64,000 bases of DNA from Podarcis filfolensis (Eukaryota), in NCBI GenBank assembly GCA_964270895.1, contig OZ185440.1; one strand, 5' to 3'. Each line of letters opens with the position of its first letter. The stretch's first letter is position 1. A program made the translations under genes and the position numbers. Of the stretch, positions 24,401 to 35,043 are shown piece after piece. The notes under the pieces are model-generated. The model made no database searches. It was not told where the DNA came from and saw nothing but the letters and a program-made list of their open reading frames with translations.

Positions 24401-27400
24401 GTATATATTCCAACCCCATCCTCTGCCGTCAATTCACTAGTAGGTCCAACATAACAGCCATTATATTGTCCATAACCACGGTATTTCTTCTGGTCTATGT
24501 ATACACTGTCCCTGCTTCAGTTTAGTTCTAAACATCCTGCCCATTTAGCTCAAATGAGAAAAGATACCTTTCCATACCCGGCTAGGCAGTTTTTCTTGCA
24601 ACAAAGTAATTGCACCTTCCTGGCTTACTGATACTTCAAATCAAGAGACTTATAAAACAGCCTTAGCAAACACAAAATGGGAAGCAACAGAATCCTTACC
24701 TAGTTCTGCTCTAAAGGTCTGTCTCATGGTCTTCCACTCAGGCTTGTCTCCTTCACATTCCTGACGGACAGTCTCTACGATAAGGTACATAATATTCAGC
24801 AGCACCCTGCAAATTGGATTGCAAAGACCAAGCAGGTTAGAAACTCAAACTCTGACAATATGGCTCAGCTTATTCAAAACTGCAGGCGTAGGAGAGAGGG
24901 GGCTAGACTAGCAAAGTGTGCACAACTGATTCTGCCCCCCACAGGCTTCATCAGAAGTAGCAACATTATATGCTTGGCACAACAAGATGATGACAAGTTT
25001 TACTGAAAGAAGACAGCATTTTCCTCCTGCTCCCAGTCTATATTGCCAAGGTGATTGTTGCTTAGCAACCTGTATTTCTAAAAAAAAAATGTACTCATTC
25101 TAGTGGGTGTATCTTTACATAAACCACAAGCATCTCCTGTAAGAACTCGCAATTTCCAGCTACAGAGGTTTCACTACAGATGAGGGGATTGTACTGTGCA
25201 CAGCCACTAGTACACAGTGTTAGCTAGTACATGGTGTTTCTTCCTAACATACTCTAGTCAAAGCTGCGTTGGGTTTGGTTACCTATCTTTTCACACACAC
25301 ACCCAAGTCCGTTAGATCAATGCAGACAGCTTAAGGCACAACAGTATGCTGCATCAAATCTATAGATCTGATTCTTGCACAAATGTCAGAGAAGTATTCA
25401 AGTAGATACTGAAAGCAGGGATGGGCAACCTCAGACCTGAGGCCACATGCAGTTTCTCAGGCCTCTCTGTCAGGTACTCAAGTCTCTTCCTTAGCCATAC
25501 CCCTCATCTGGCCTCTCCTTGAGTGTTTTGCCTAGCTGGAATATGTCCCTTGAACTCTGATCATGCTTCTTGCTTGCCTGGATGGAAGACAGAGGGATGT
25601 GTGTGAAGAAACTGCCTAGTATACGAAGGTATACAAATTCACATTAGTTGCTCTGCCCACTTTTTCCTCTGTTCTGTCCACTATTGGCATGTGACCCTCA
25701 GGCTGAAAAAATATTACCACCCCTGCTGGAAGGCTATGCTGAAGTTGCACTATATGGTGTAAAAGGTCCTTTCCACCTCTAAATGCCATGATTCAAAAAA
25801 ACACAAGAGAATATGCAAATAGAGGAAAGGCTGTGGAGGAAAGGAAAGCAAAGCATTCTTTTAAACTCATGAGTCCTTCATAGGGAAATCTCATCACACC
25901 TGTGGCCTATATTCCAATATTCCTCACCTCAGATCGGTGCTGTCAGCCAGGGAGATGGCAGGCTTCCTCACAGCACTGCTGCAGGCAGCACTGTTGCTGA
26001 GAGAAAAGAAGCAACATCAACTTAGCTCTTGCTGCCTACAATCTGGGATCAAAGGCTTTTTTTTACACAAGTCACATTAAGATTATAACATTAAAACAGC
26101 AGCGTGCAGTTTGCATATCCTGTGGTCTTTCTCTGCAGCTAGACACCACTCTGCACATGCTCTAATTCCTTCACATATCCAACAGCAGCTGCCTAAAACA
26201 GTTGCTATGAGATCTTACAAACTGGACTGAATTCAACTACGAGAGAAGAATCTGCTCCATAGAACCAAATTACTAGACATTCTATAACAACTTTGTGTTC
26301 CCTTTTTTTAGATAACTGAGTAGGAACATGTTTGATCCTACTGAGATCAAAGGAGTGGGCTAGAGAGGCATTCATCTGAGTCCAGTATATACTAATCTTT
26401 CTATCGATCCGTATTTAGTTTTTAGCTGCAAGCACAACAAAGCCATCCTCAAAAGTAAGTGATTCTTGTTTGGCATTAATGATATAGTATCATTAATAAT
26501 ATTAATACAATTATTATAAATAATTAAAAATCAAATTATTCTAGATTACTTGTTTTATTTCCATTACCAGAAAGATAGCATTTCTTAATCAGATACTGGA
26601 AAGGTAGGTGAAAAGAACTTGCAGTGTTACCTACTGCCTTAATACTCCAGTCCTAAACTCTAGGGCTTTCTATGGAATCAGATAAAAATTGGATGGATAC
26701 CAGGATGAATCTGGCATCTGATCATTCACAAGCTGTAAAAATATATACCCTGGTGGGGCAGATCATAACCAGGCTATCTAAACAGCCTACATTCCTCTCA
26801 GAGGCCAACTCTGCAGCAACATGGAACTCACTCAATTTCCATGTTCAAAAGTTCCACCAAAGCATTGAATGTGCCAACTTCAAGCAGAAGGAAAATGTTG
26901 TATCGCATCCAGGACTGAACTTCAGCTTCAGAGCTGCACTCATCAAATGTGCCTGCAGCCACAAAAACAAAAATCATACCAATTTGCTCTCCATTTTACA
27001 GATAAAGCATGTTGTTGTTCTTCATAACTGATATGTTTTTCCTGATTCTTATGCCTAAGGGCAGAGAATTCACAAAATTATAATAACACAAAAATTATAA
27101 TACAGTACTATGAAAACAACCGGCTAGAATGTCAGCTTCCTGCAGCATCTGGAGCCTGCTGCAGGACAGAGAACAAGAGTGTTACACAATTATAAAATAA
27201 AACATGGCTTCCAGTGGGACTTGATGGCACCTGATCACACCAAGATCTCAAGGGATAAACCCACCAAACAACCTCTGTTGCTTGTTTATTTGGTGCAATG
27301 GAAATATGTCACTAATGCAATATCATGCATCCGTACTAATATGGAGACCATGCAAGTTCTGGACCAGTGCCTGGACTTGATGGTGGGCTGGATGAGGGCC

Positions 27401-30400
27401 AACAAACTGACTTTGAATCCTGGCAAGATGGAAGTGTTTTGGGTGGCTGGTTCCCAATAATTGGCCAACTCTCTAATTTGGATAGGGTTGTACTCCCACT
27501 TAAAGAGCAGGCTCATCCAGGAGTGCTCCCAGATCCACAGTTGTCAGTAGAGGCCCAAGTGCTCTTAGTGGTCAGGAGTGCCTTCTACCGGTTTTGGCCA
27601 ATACGACAGCTATGGCCATTTCGGGACTGGGCCACTGTCACCCATGCGCTGGTAATCTGCAGGTTGAATTAATGCAATGTTTTCTATGCAGGGCTACCCT
27701 TGAAGTTGGTCCTGCAGCTGCAGGTAGCGCAAAATGAGATTGCTCGACTGCTCACTGTGGCAGGCTACTGCCACCATCTTACATGGCTGCTAAAAGAACT
27801 GCACTGGCTGCCAATTAGTTACTGGGCTAAGTTCAGGGTGTTGGTTTTGGTGCATAAAGCCCTATACAGCTTGGGACCAGGATACCTGAAAGATCATCTC
27901 GCCCCTTATTTACCCAACAAATAACTGCTTTGTAGGTGAGGGCCTCATGCAGATATTTTGCAGAATGGACTGACCCCCATGCTCAGTTATTGAGCATGGG
28001 GGTCAGTCCATTCTGCAAAATATAGGAATTAGATCTTTTGTGACATGGCACCCACTCTTTGGAATTCCCTCCCGTTAAATATTATACAGGGACCACCTCT
28101 GTTGTCTTTTTGGCACCTTTTTCTTTCAACAAGCCTTTTACAGGTTGCATTTCAATTGGAATTGCTTTTAGATGTTTAAGCTTTTCATTATTTGTGCACT
28201 TGCTGCCCTGGGCTCCTTTGAGTGGAAGGGTGGGATATAACTTTGATGATAATAATAATAACTACTCAGGTTAATTATATCTACATATGTGATAGTCAAC
28301 TACAAACTGGTGTCTCTGTCAGCTCTGATGTTCAGGCACACTATGAGCAAAGATGGACAACCATCCTGGTTTACTATGAAAAGTGACTGTAAGTCTAGAA
28401 TCTAGCCCCAAACAACTAAAAATAAAAATGAAACTGAGTAAGGATGGTATCCAACTAAATAGATCTGCTAGTGCAAGGATTTTCGCTTGTACAACAGAAG
28501 TTCTCCACCCTCTCCTCTCCTTGCATACCTCCTAAATCTGTTCTGGGTTTCTCCTCAACTCTCTGGAACAGATTTGGCACAGAGGGAGGAGGTTTCATTG
28601 TACAAGTGTAAATCTCTGCTCTAGTGGATCTATTTAGTAGGATACTGCTCTCAGTCAATTATGCAATAAAGGTAGTAACCAACAAATTTCCTTCATCTCT
28701 GTTCTTTCTTTCTTTTTCAAAAAACAGGCTTGGTTTCACTCAAGTACCATGTTAATAAATATTCCATGAAGACATTACACAGCAACTGGCAAACATTTCA
28801 TAACTGAGAATTTCCTCTGGCAGTAATAAAGGTATACCTTGTGCAACATAGAGGATGGCTCGGGCTACCCTCAGTCTTTTCTCCCGAGCAGTGACTTCAA
28901 GGCCATCAAGAAGCCTCATGGCATGGGTACGATGTTGATTGGTGTCCAACTCTGTCCATTTTTTATCCAGCACTGTAAAGTCAACCAGTTTGATATAAGG
29001 CTGCTTTCTGATACTACAAAACAGACCCTCAAAGATCAGGGAGCTTTAGCCTCACAAGTCACAGGGCAACTTTGCTTTAGAAAAGTCTGGGAGGTCAGGC
29101 TGAATTCATAAGAACCCCAAAGCCCTTACAATTCTTATGAGTTAAAAGCTGTGGTAAGCACCCTTCAGACTGGCACACTAGAACATTCAGCAAATTCATA
29201 AATAAGGATCCTATGCTATGATATCAGGCCCTCTCATTTACCTTAAATACCTTCCATTGCTTCCAAAAACTCAAGATTTGCTTAAAATACAAACTATTAA
29301 ATGGCTCAGGACCACAATACCAGACCCTGCAATCATCACCTGATGATTTTTCTTTGTTTGCCTCCTCCATGAGAGGTCCAGGGTGGAAACATGAGAATGA
29401 ACCTTTTCTGCAGTGGCTCTCCATTTGTGGAATGCTCTCCATGGAGAGGTTTGCCTGAAGCCTTCATTACATACCTTTAGGCACCAGATGAAAAGGTTTC
29501 TCTATAACCAGGGCTATGGCTGTTGAAACATTCTATACCTTTTTAAATGTGTCATTGGTTTGGAGGGGTGTTATTGGTTTGTTTGGGGGTTCTTTATTAC
29601 CGTATTTTTCACTCTATAACACGCACCCGACCATAACACGCACGTAGTTTTTAGAGGAGGAAAACAAGAAAAAAAGTATTCTAAACGAAACAGTGGATGT
29701 ATGATTTTTGTGGTTCATGCTGTGGCCACAGACATGTGATCTGACAGTGAGTTTGGAGTAGCCCAATGCAAAAATCCCGAGGATCCATGTAGATCCATGC
29801 TTTGTAACCACGTTTTTGCACCACTGCGGCCCCAGGCAACAGTGGGTGTGTGATTTTTTTGGTGCAAGATATAGCCATGGACATGCTATGTGATCTGATG
29901 GTGAATTTGGGGTGACCCAGTGCAAAAATCCTGAGGATCCATGTGGATCCGTGCTTTGTAACCACGTTTTAAGTGGGGAGGGAAGGAAAAGCACTCAAGG
30001 GACAAGGAGCATGCGTGGGGTGGGTGGAGAAGGATGCTGCTAATAATGAAGAAGAGGGGTATAAGGGGAGAAGGCTCCTCTCCTCTCCCGCTTTGCTCCT
30101 TTAAAGCAAGCAGGCTCTGCTTTTCTCCCTCCTCCCAGCTCATCCCCGGCTTAGCGAGCTGAAAAACTTTGCTGCTATTTAGCGAGCTGAGTGGGGAGGA
30201 GAGAGGGACAGAGAGCCTGCTTGCTTTAAAGGAACCAACCGGAACTGCTCCTTTAAAGAAGCAGGCTCTCTGTACCTCTCTCCTCCCCACTCAGCGGCTC
30301 TTCTCCCGCCACCCGTAGGCATTCCCTCTGTCAGGGAACTGACATCGGAGCCCAGAGTGGAGGTAGGGCTCTCCGATGATGCAGGAGAAGGGACCAGCAG

Positions 30401-33347
30401 GGATAGGGAGAACACTTCCATTGGGGAAGGAAATCGGCGTGACACCAGGAAAGAAGGGGAGGAGGGAAGGTCTTCGGAGAGAGGGCTCCAAGACCCTTCC
30501 ACAGGGTCCAGCGGGGAGCGCCCAGGACCTCCGCTGGCCACGCTCACTCTGCGCAGGAGACTTCCGCGCAGGGAGGCTAGGAGGAGACTTGGCGTCAAAC
30601 AGCTTTTATGTTGGAAGAAGTTTAGGGAACGCTCACTGACGGATTCTGCCAGTGACTGAGACAGTCGCCTTGTAAGGGCTGTCAAATCAGGGAAAGGTTT
30701 AGCTACCCCAACAGCTGCGAGCAGTTTGGAATTTACGCACAAGCAACCCCAATTCCCATTACACCCTCCATAACACGCACAGACATTTCCCCTTACTTTC
30801 TAGGAGGAAAAAAGTCAGTGTTATGGTGGAGGAAAAAAGTGAGTGTTATGGTGCAAAAAATACGGTATGTATTTTGTGCTCACGTTTTGTATTTTTATGT
30901 TGTGAACCATCTTTGGATGAAGGGAGGTATACAAATTAATAATAATAATAATAGATTAAAATAAAAGCAAAGTTTCATGGAAAGATGTAAGAACATACTT
31001 GATTTAGCAATCAATCCTTTGGTATTTTATTTCTATCACAAAGAGAAAGATCTTACATTTTGAGCACACAAAGACCAACTTCTAGAGCACACACAAAGCA
31101 ACTCTACAAGACATTTTCACAGCAAAAAGACAATACATCACTCTTACCATGCAGTCTAAAATCTTCCTCAAAGCATTTTCTGTTGAGCTGGAATTCCGGA
31201 CCTTCAGTGTAACTGTACAGTTCTGCCATGAGATAATAAATACACAAAACCAAGTTATATGTTATACAATACCTGAGCACGGTTTAAAGCAACATGACTG
31301 GAGACAGCTATTTGTCATGACAAGTGGAAGAATGTTCATAACACAGAGTGTTAGAGAAGATGGCATTATTTGAAAATTGCTACCATGGGTGAGCTTTCTC
31401 AAGCTAAGCCCTGCCCCTGTAGGGTGGGAACCACACCAATGAGGCCTGCTCATAACTTTGCAAGAGAAGATCCTGGAGATGCAGGGAGAACTAAACTGAT
31501 TGATGTAGATGTACCATGGTTAATACAAAACATGGTTTACAAACCTACTTCAGACTCATGACTTAACATAAGTAGTTTGCAGACAACCCTTAACCATGAT
31601 GTAGGTATTCAGGTGTAAGCAACACTTAACTGTAGTTACAGAAACAAGCAATGGTTAAGCCTAATGGGTAGGATTCTGCATAGCGCTAAGGAAATTGTTC
31701 CATCAGTGAAAGGATTTCTGCTTGCCTGATGGAACCATCTTTCCTCTCCTCCCTCCCTGCACTGTTACTGGATATCTCCTATTACTGGATACCTTTCTGA
31801 GTGAATTTGGAAAGGTGCAGGGGGCTCACAGGGGAGGTGGGAAAGCCCCACTGCTCTAGCAGATGTCCTTGCACTGGGTTTTACAAGCGGAACATGATAG
31901 CTGAATCTGGGCAATGTCTGCACATCTCTCCTATTGAAGTAAAATAGGAACACATAATACAGACTGAATGTTCAAAAGTACATATGTATATTTAAAGCAA
32001 AAACTAAGACACACTATTTATTTATAGCGGATTTTTTTTAATTTAAAACATTTCTAACTTGCTCTTCATTAAAAAATTATCCAGGGTGGGTCAGAAAATA
32101 ATAAACTGAGAGCTTTTATGTGAATATCACTTCCACTTGAAACAACTTTCCTCACACAGCGGCAATCACAAGATAAAACCTGAAAGCAACTAACAATGAA
32201 TATAGGAAGCAGCAACTCAAACAAATCTGTTGAGTTTTCAAATAGGCTAGATTTGCTACTTTGTAGCAACATCCATTATAATAAAATGAAACTGTTTCAA
32301 AACAAAGCACAATATTAGAGTAAAGCAAGTCATATTTTACCTGACAGCTCAGCAGCCCACTTGTCTGTGTCTGCATATTCAAACTCAAAATCTGGAGATT
32401 CTGAATAACCCTGGGTGAAGAGGACAGTTTAAAATAAAACTTAGGCTCAGAATGAAAGGGCTCTCGACTTTCCCCGCGCAGCTTCACTGTTACTATGGTA
32501 ACTTGCAGATGACTACGGCAATGCTCCTCTCCCTGAAACCTGCTTTGCCACATTGCTGGGCAACTTCCGCACTTTTAAGGCTTGCCTGGAACTCAAGTTT
32601 CGCGGACTGTAGTGCAACCTGGACAAGATCTGTTCAGAGTTATAAAACCCACGGAACTTAAATCCCAAGTAAACGTGTACAGATAGGACTGCCGATTTAT
32701 AATCTTCCGGGTTGCCACCTTACAGGCAACCCTTTCCCGAGCGTAAGAGCCCTTGGGCACAGGGCAGCTTATTTGTGAGCAAGGCTCTGCGCTGCAAACA
32801 CCTTTTAAAAAGGCAAAAGGATGGGGAGGGTTTTTCCAAAAGTTGCACTTTTTGCACGAGGAAGCAGCAGCTGTCTCGTGACCATGGCAGGCTCCTCTTC
32901 GTGATGGGAAAGAGCCTTTATTTGGGAAATGGCTTCGCGTGAGTAAAGGAGGGGAGGGAAGCCAAGGCTTGGGTGGAGACTAAACATTGCACGTCCACTG
33001 TCAGCGCAGAGACATCTATTTCATCTCTATTTTTAAACCGCTGGTGACATGCAAGGCCCGACAGGTGAGGGAAGCCCGAGTCACCCAGAGGGAGCCGCTC
33101 CCTCCCTCCCTCTCCCCGGCTCCTTGAGACTTGGGTAGGAAGCGGCGAGTGGGCGAGGACACGTCCTTCCCCCCACCCGGAGCCGCTCGCCGCCCCGCCT
33201 GACCTCCGAGTCCTTGCGCTGGTTGCGGTTGGGCTCTCGGCCCTTCACCCCCGGCGTCGCCGGCGCCGCCAGCCCGAGCCCCGCGCCCCGTTGCTTGTTG
33301 TTGACAATCAGCAAGCCCGGACCTCCGCCGCCGCCGCCTGGCTCCAT
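15217..33347 (-). CDS. STRIP1: Striatin-interacting protein 1 (FAM40A, STRIPAK subunit), complete, 21 coding exons, 2478 nt, 825 aa
   Basis: The 21 exons listed individually join in frame with GT-AG introns. The peptide is near-identical to human STRIP1 as recalled (MEP...LIVNNKQ...[15 protein letters not shown]...CWEELLQ*). AHCYL1 synteny distinguishes it from STRIP2. Confidence 0.97.
15734..15974. mobile_element. Tc1/mariner MITE (family B), STRIP1 intron 20
   Basis: TIRs caatggaacctcggtttttgaa / ttcaaaaactgaggttccactg, TA TSD. Confidence 0.85.
16320..16524 (-). CDS. STRIP1: STRIP1 exon 20 ([19 protein letters not shown]...LNDDWAYGN)
   Basis: cag / GTATGT, 205 nt. Confidence 0.95.
16664..16768 (-). 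CDS. STRIP1: STRIP1 exon 19 ([35 protein letters not shown])
   Basis: tag / GTGAGT, 105 nt. Confidence 0.95.
16894..16960 (-). CDS. STRIP1: STRIP1 exon 18 ([22 protein letters not shown])
   Basis: tag / GTGAGC, 67 nt. Confidence 0.95.
17532..17632 (-). CDS. STRIP1: STRIP1 exon 17 ([33 protein letters not shown])
   Basis: cag / GTAGGT, 101 nt. Confidence 0.95.
17742..17868 (-). CDS. STRIP1: STRIP1 exon 16 ([18 protein letters not shown]...KLNHVYQ)
   Basis: cag / GTAAGC, 127 nt. Confidence 0.95.
18753..18850 (-). CDS. STRIP1: STRIP1 exon 15 ([32 protein letters not shown])
   Basis: cag / GTGAGT, 98 nt. Confidence 0.95.
19167..19241 (-). CDS. STRIP1: STRIP1 exon 14 ([25 protein letters not shown])
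   Basis: aag acceptor / GTGAGT, 75 nt. Confidence 0.93.
19675..19746 (-). CDS. STRIP1: STRIP1 exon 13 ([24 protein letters not shown])
   Basis: tag / GTAAGT, 72 nt. Confidence 0.95.
19915..19978 (-). CDS. STRIP1: STRIP1 exon 12 ([21 protein letters not shown])
   Basis: tag / GTGAGT, 64 nt. Confidence 0.95.
21194..21259 (-). CDS. STRIP1: STRIP1 exon 11 ([21 protein letters not shown])
   Basis: cag / GTGAGT, 66 nt. Confidence 0.95.
21611..21828 (-). CDS. STRIP1: STRIP1 exon 10 ([18 protein letters not shown]...KGLPWAPKV)
   Basis: cag / GTGAGC, 218 nt. Confidence 0.95.
21940..22122 (-). CDS. STRIP1: STRIP1 exon 9 ([17 protein letters not shown]...[11 protein letters not shown])
   Basis: tag / GTAAGT, 183 nt. 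Confidence 0.95.
22438..22642. mobile_element. Tc1/mariner MITE (family B), STRIP1 intron 8
   Basis: TIRs cagtggtacctcgg / ccaaggtaccactg, TA TSD; inverted relative to the 15734 copy. Confidence 0.85.
24216..24343 (-). CDS. STRIP1: STRIP1 exon 8 ([43 protein letters not shown])
   Basis: cag / GTAAGA, 128 nt. Confidence 0.95.
24700..24806 (-). CDS. STRIP1: STRIP1 exon 7 ([35 protein letters not shown])
   Basis: cag / GTAAGG, 107 nt. Confidence 0.95.
25416..25725. mobile_element. hAT-like non-autonomous element
   Basis: cagggatgggcaacct ... ttaccacccctg ends; TSD not clear. Confidence 0.5.
25928..25996 (-). CDS. STRIP1: STRIP1 exon 6 ([22 protein letters not shown])
   Basis: cag / GTGAGG, 69 nt. 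Confidence 0.95.
26832..26952 (-). CDS. STRIP1: STRIP1 exon 5 ([21 protein letters not shown]...LLNMEI)
   Basis: cag / GTGAGT, 121 nt. Confidence 0.95.
27330..28262 (+). mobile_element. Decayed L2 LINE 3' part in STRIP1 intron 4 (antisense to gene)
   Basis: [13 protein letters not shown] and [37 protein letters not shown] with frameshifts; (AAT)n tail. Confidence 0.88.
28447..28645. mobile_element. Palindromic MITE
   Basis: 19-bp TIR gtatccaactaaatagatc / gatctatttagtaggatac (18/19). The core (ccaaatctgctc...gaacagattt) recurs near 31670-31910, 43110-43170 and 51130-51230. Confidence 0.7.
28838..28972 (-). CDS. STRIP1: STRIP1 exon 4 ([22 protein letters not shown]...ILYVAQ)
   Basis: cag / GTATAC, 135 nt. 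Confidence 0.95.
29600..30865. mobile_element. Tc1/mariner (pogo/Tigger-like) non-autonomous element carrying a nested LTR
   Basis: TIRs ccgtatttttc...ataacacgcac / gtgttatggtgcaaaaaatacgg, TA on both sides. Confidence 0.85.
30329..30763. mobile_element. Solo LTR (435 bp)
   Basis: TG(tcaggg)...(ccatta)CA termini, exact 5-bp TSD CCCTC at 30324-30328 and 30764-30768, GC/CpG-rich, no internal retroviral sequence. Confidence 0.8.
31148..31222 (-). CDS. STRIP1: STRIP1 exon 3 ([25 protein letters not shown])
   Basis: cag / GTAAGA, 75 nt. Confidence 0.95.
32341..32410 (-). CDS. STRIP1: STRIP1 exon 2 ([23 protein letters not shown])
   Basis: cag acceptor, GTAAAA donor, 70 nt. Confidence 0.95.
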
Positions 33348-33720
33348 CTCGACGCGCCGGCAGCTCTCGCGCGAACTGGGCCGAGACAGCGCTAGGTTCT
33401 CGCAGGAAGCGACGCCATCTTGAGCGTGGCGGATGGGCGCGGCTAAGATGAGAAGCTGTTGTTTCATGGAAAGGACAGGAACAGATTGAGGATGGCGAGC
33501 GGCTCAAAGGACTCTTGTGACCTGGCCCGGCAGCCATCTTGGTTGCGTCGCGTTATCCTCTTAAAGGCGGCGCTGCCTGAAAGCTGGCATTTCTCCGGTT
33601 TTTGTAAAGCCTGTGAAATGGTTCCCAAGGCAACGGAGGCTCGTTTGGCCATAGCCGGGAGCTGTCACGTAAAGTCCCGCAGACGGTGCAAGTGAAGCGC
33701 GCTTATGCAGAAGGGTTTAG
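33050..33720. promoter_or_regulatory. CpG island / STRIP1 promoter
   Basis: High GC and CpG density around exon 1. YY1-type AAGATGGC motifs on the minus strand at about 33413-33421 and 33532-33540; ETS-like GGAAG. Island boundaries are estimated by eye. Confidence 0.85.
33204..33347 (-). CDS. STRIP1: STRIP1 exon 1 ([19 protein letters not shown]...RNQRKDSE)
   Basis: ATG at 33347; donor GTCAGG; inside CpG island. Confidence 0.93.
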
Positions 33721-34702
33721 CTCTCAAATCGTCATCTCAAAAGCAGCAGCTTCATGATGGACAAGTGCACAAGGGTGCAAGAAACATAGGCTGTACGCAG
33801 GGGCGGAGAGAAAAAATTGTGAACGCCAGAATCAAACGGCAGTGAATTACAGAAAGCACTTCCTGCATTTCACTGTCATTCGATTCCACTGTTCACATTT
33901 CCCCCACTTACGCATATATTCCTGCCAATTGAGGACACTTCAGGCATCTGACAGAGGAGACTCAAATAGAAATGCTTAAGGCACAATAAATTCGTTATGT
34001 GCCACAAGACTCTCGTTGGAACTTGGCTAGCGCTCTGAAAATTACGCATCTAAATAAAGGAAGGGAAGGGCAAGAAAGAGAAACTGGACATTTCAAAAAG
34101 GGTCCCAGACGCACATCTGCGACACACTTTCTGGATCGCTCACTCCTACATGCGCATGTTGGAAAAATCTATTACAGCAACTAGGGCTGCACTTGTGAAG
34201 CAGCTGAATAAGGATTTTATGATTATCCATGCATTCTATTTAAATAGAACAGTGCGCCTTTGAGATAGGGCTTAAAAGGCCTAATGTTTCTTAGTGCAGT
34301 CTTACAGTTCCTTACAAAATTTCTATGAATCCACATACACATAGGTCATCAGTGCCTTTATCACTGCAATGCAGCACTGTATTTAAATAGTTTCCATAGC
34401 AAGCCACTATTCAGTGTTAACAGTTTGCTGCATGTTTTTAACATCTGCCTGCTTACTAGTATCTTTAACAGCATCTTGAACTTGGAAAGAGGGAGACACC
34501 ATGGACATTCATTATTAACACTCTGCAAGCTGAGCCCTACGTACCAGCTCATGCTAGTATTTATTCATGTGCAGAAGAAAACCTTCTTGAACACTATGTG
34601 GATCCTATCACTTTTACCTCCAGCTTGTTTAATCTTTTAATGAGCCGATTTTGAACAAAAAAACCAACAACCTGCAGTAGGGTAGTTGTAAGGTCATTAA
34701 TA

Positions 34703-35043
34703 CGGCCTCGGTCCAGTATACCTGAAGGAGCGTCTCCACCCCCATCATTCTGCCCGAACGCTGAGGTCCAGCGCTGAGGGCCTTCTGGTGGTTCCCTCAT
34801 TGTGAGAAGCAAAGCTACAGGGAACCAGGCAGAGGGCCTTCTCGGTAGTGGCGCCCGCCCTGTGGAACGCCCTTCCAGCAGATGTCAAAGCGATAAACAA
34901 CTACCTGACATTCAGAAGACATCTTAAGGCAGCCCTGTTCAGGGAAGTTTTTAACGTGTGATATTTTACTGTATTTTTGGTTTCTATGGAAGCCGCCCAG
35001 AGTGGCCGGGGAGGCAGCCAGATGGGCGGGGTATAAATAATAA

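Larger units (their letters stand above)
29380..30955 (+). mobile_element. Old L2 3' end split by the 29600-30865 MITE
   Basis: ttgtggaatgctctcc...ttacatacctttaggcaccag on the left; ttgtgaaccatcttt...gaggtatacaaattaataataat tail on the right. Confidence 0.6.

Noticed and set aside
28828-28837. STRIP1 intron 4 donor GTATACCTTT resembles the U12 consensus GTATCCTTT
   Set aside because: Position +5 mismatches and there is no TCCTTAAC branch site near the acceptor; treated as a weak U2 donor.
30179-30742. 187-aa and 100-aa ORFs in STRIP1 intron 3
   Set aside because: They are by-products of the GC-rich solo LTR and MITE, with no recognisable domain.
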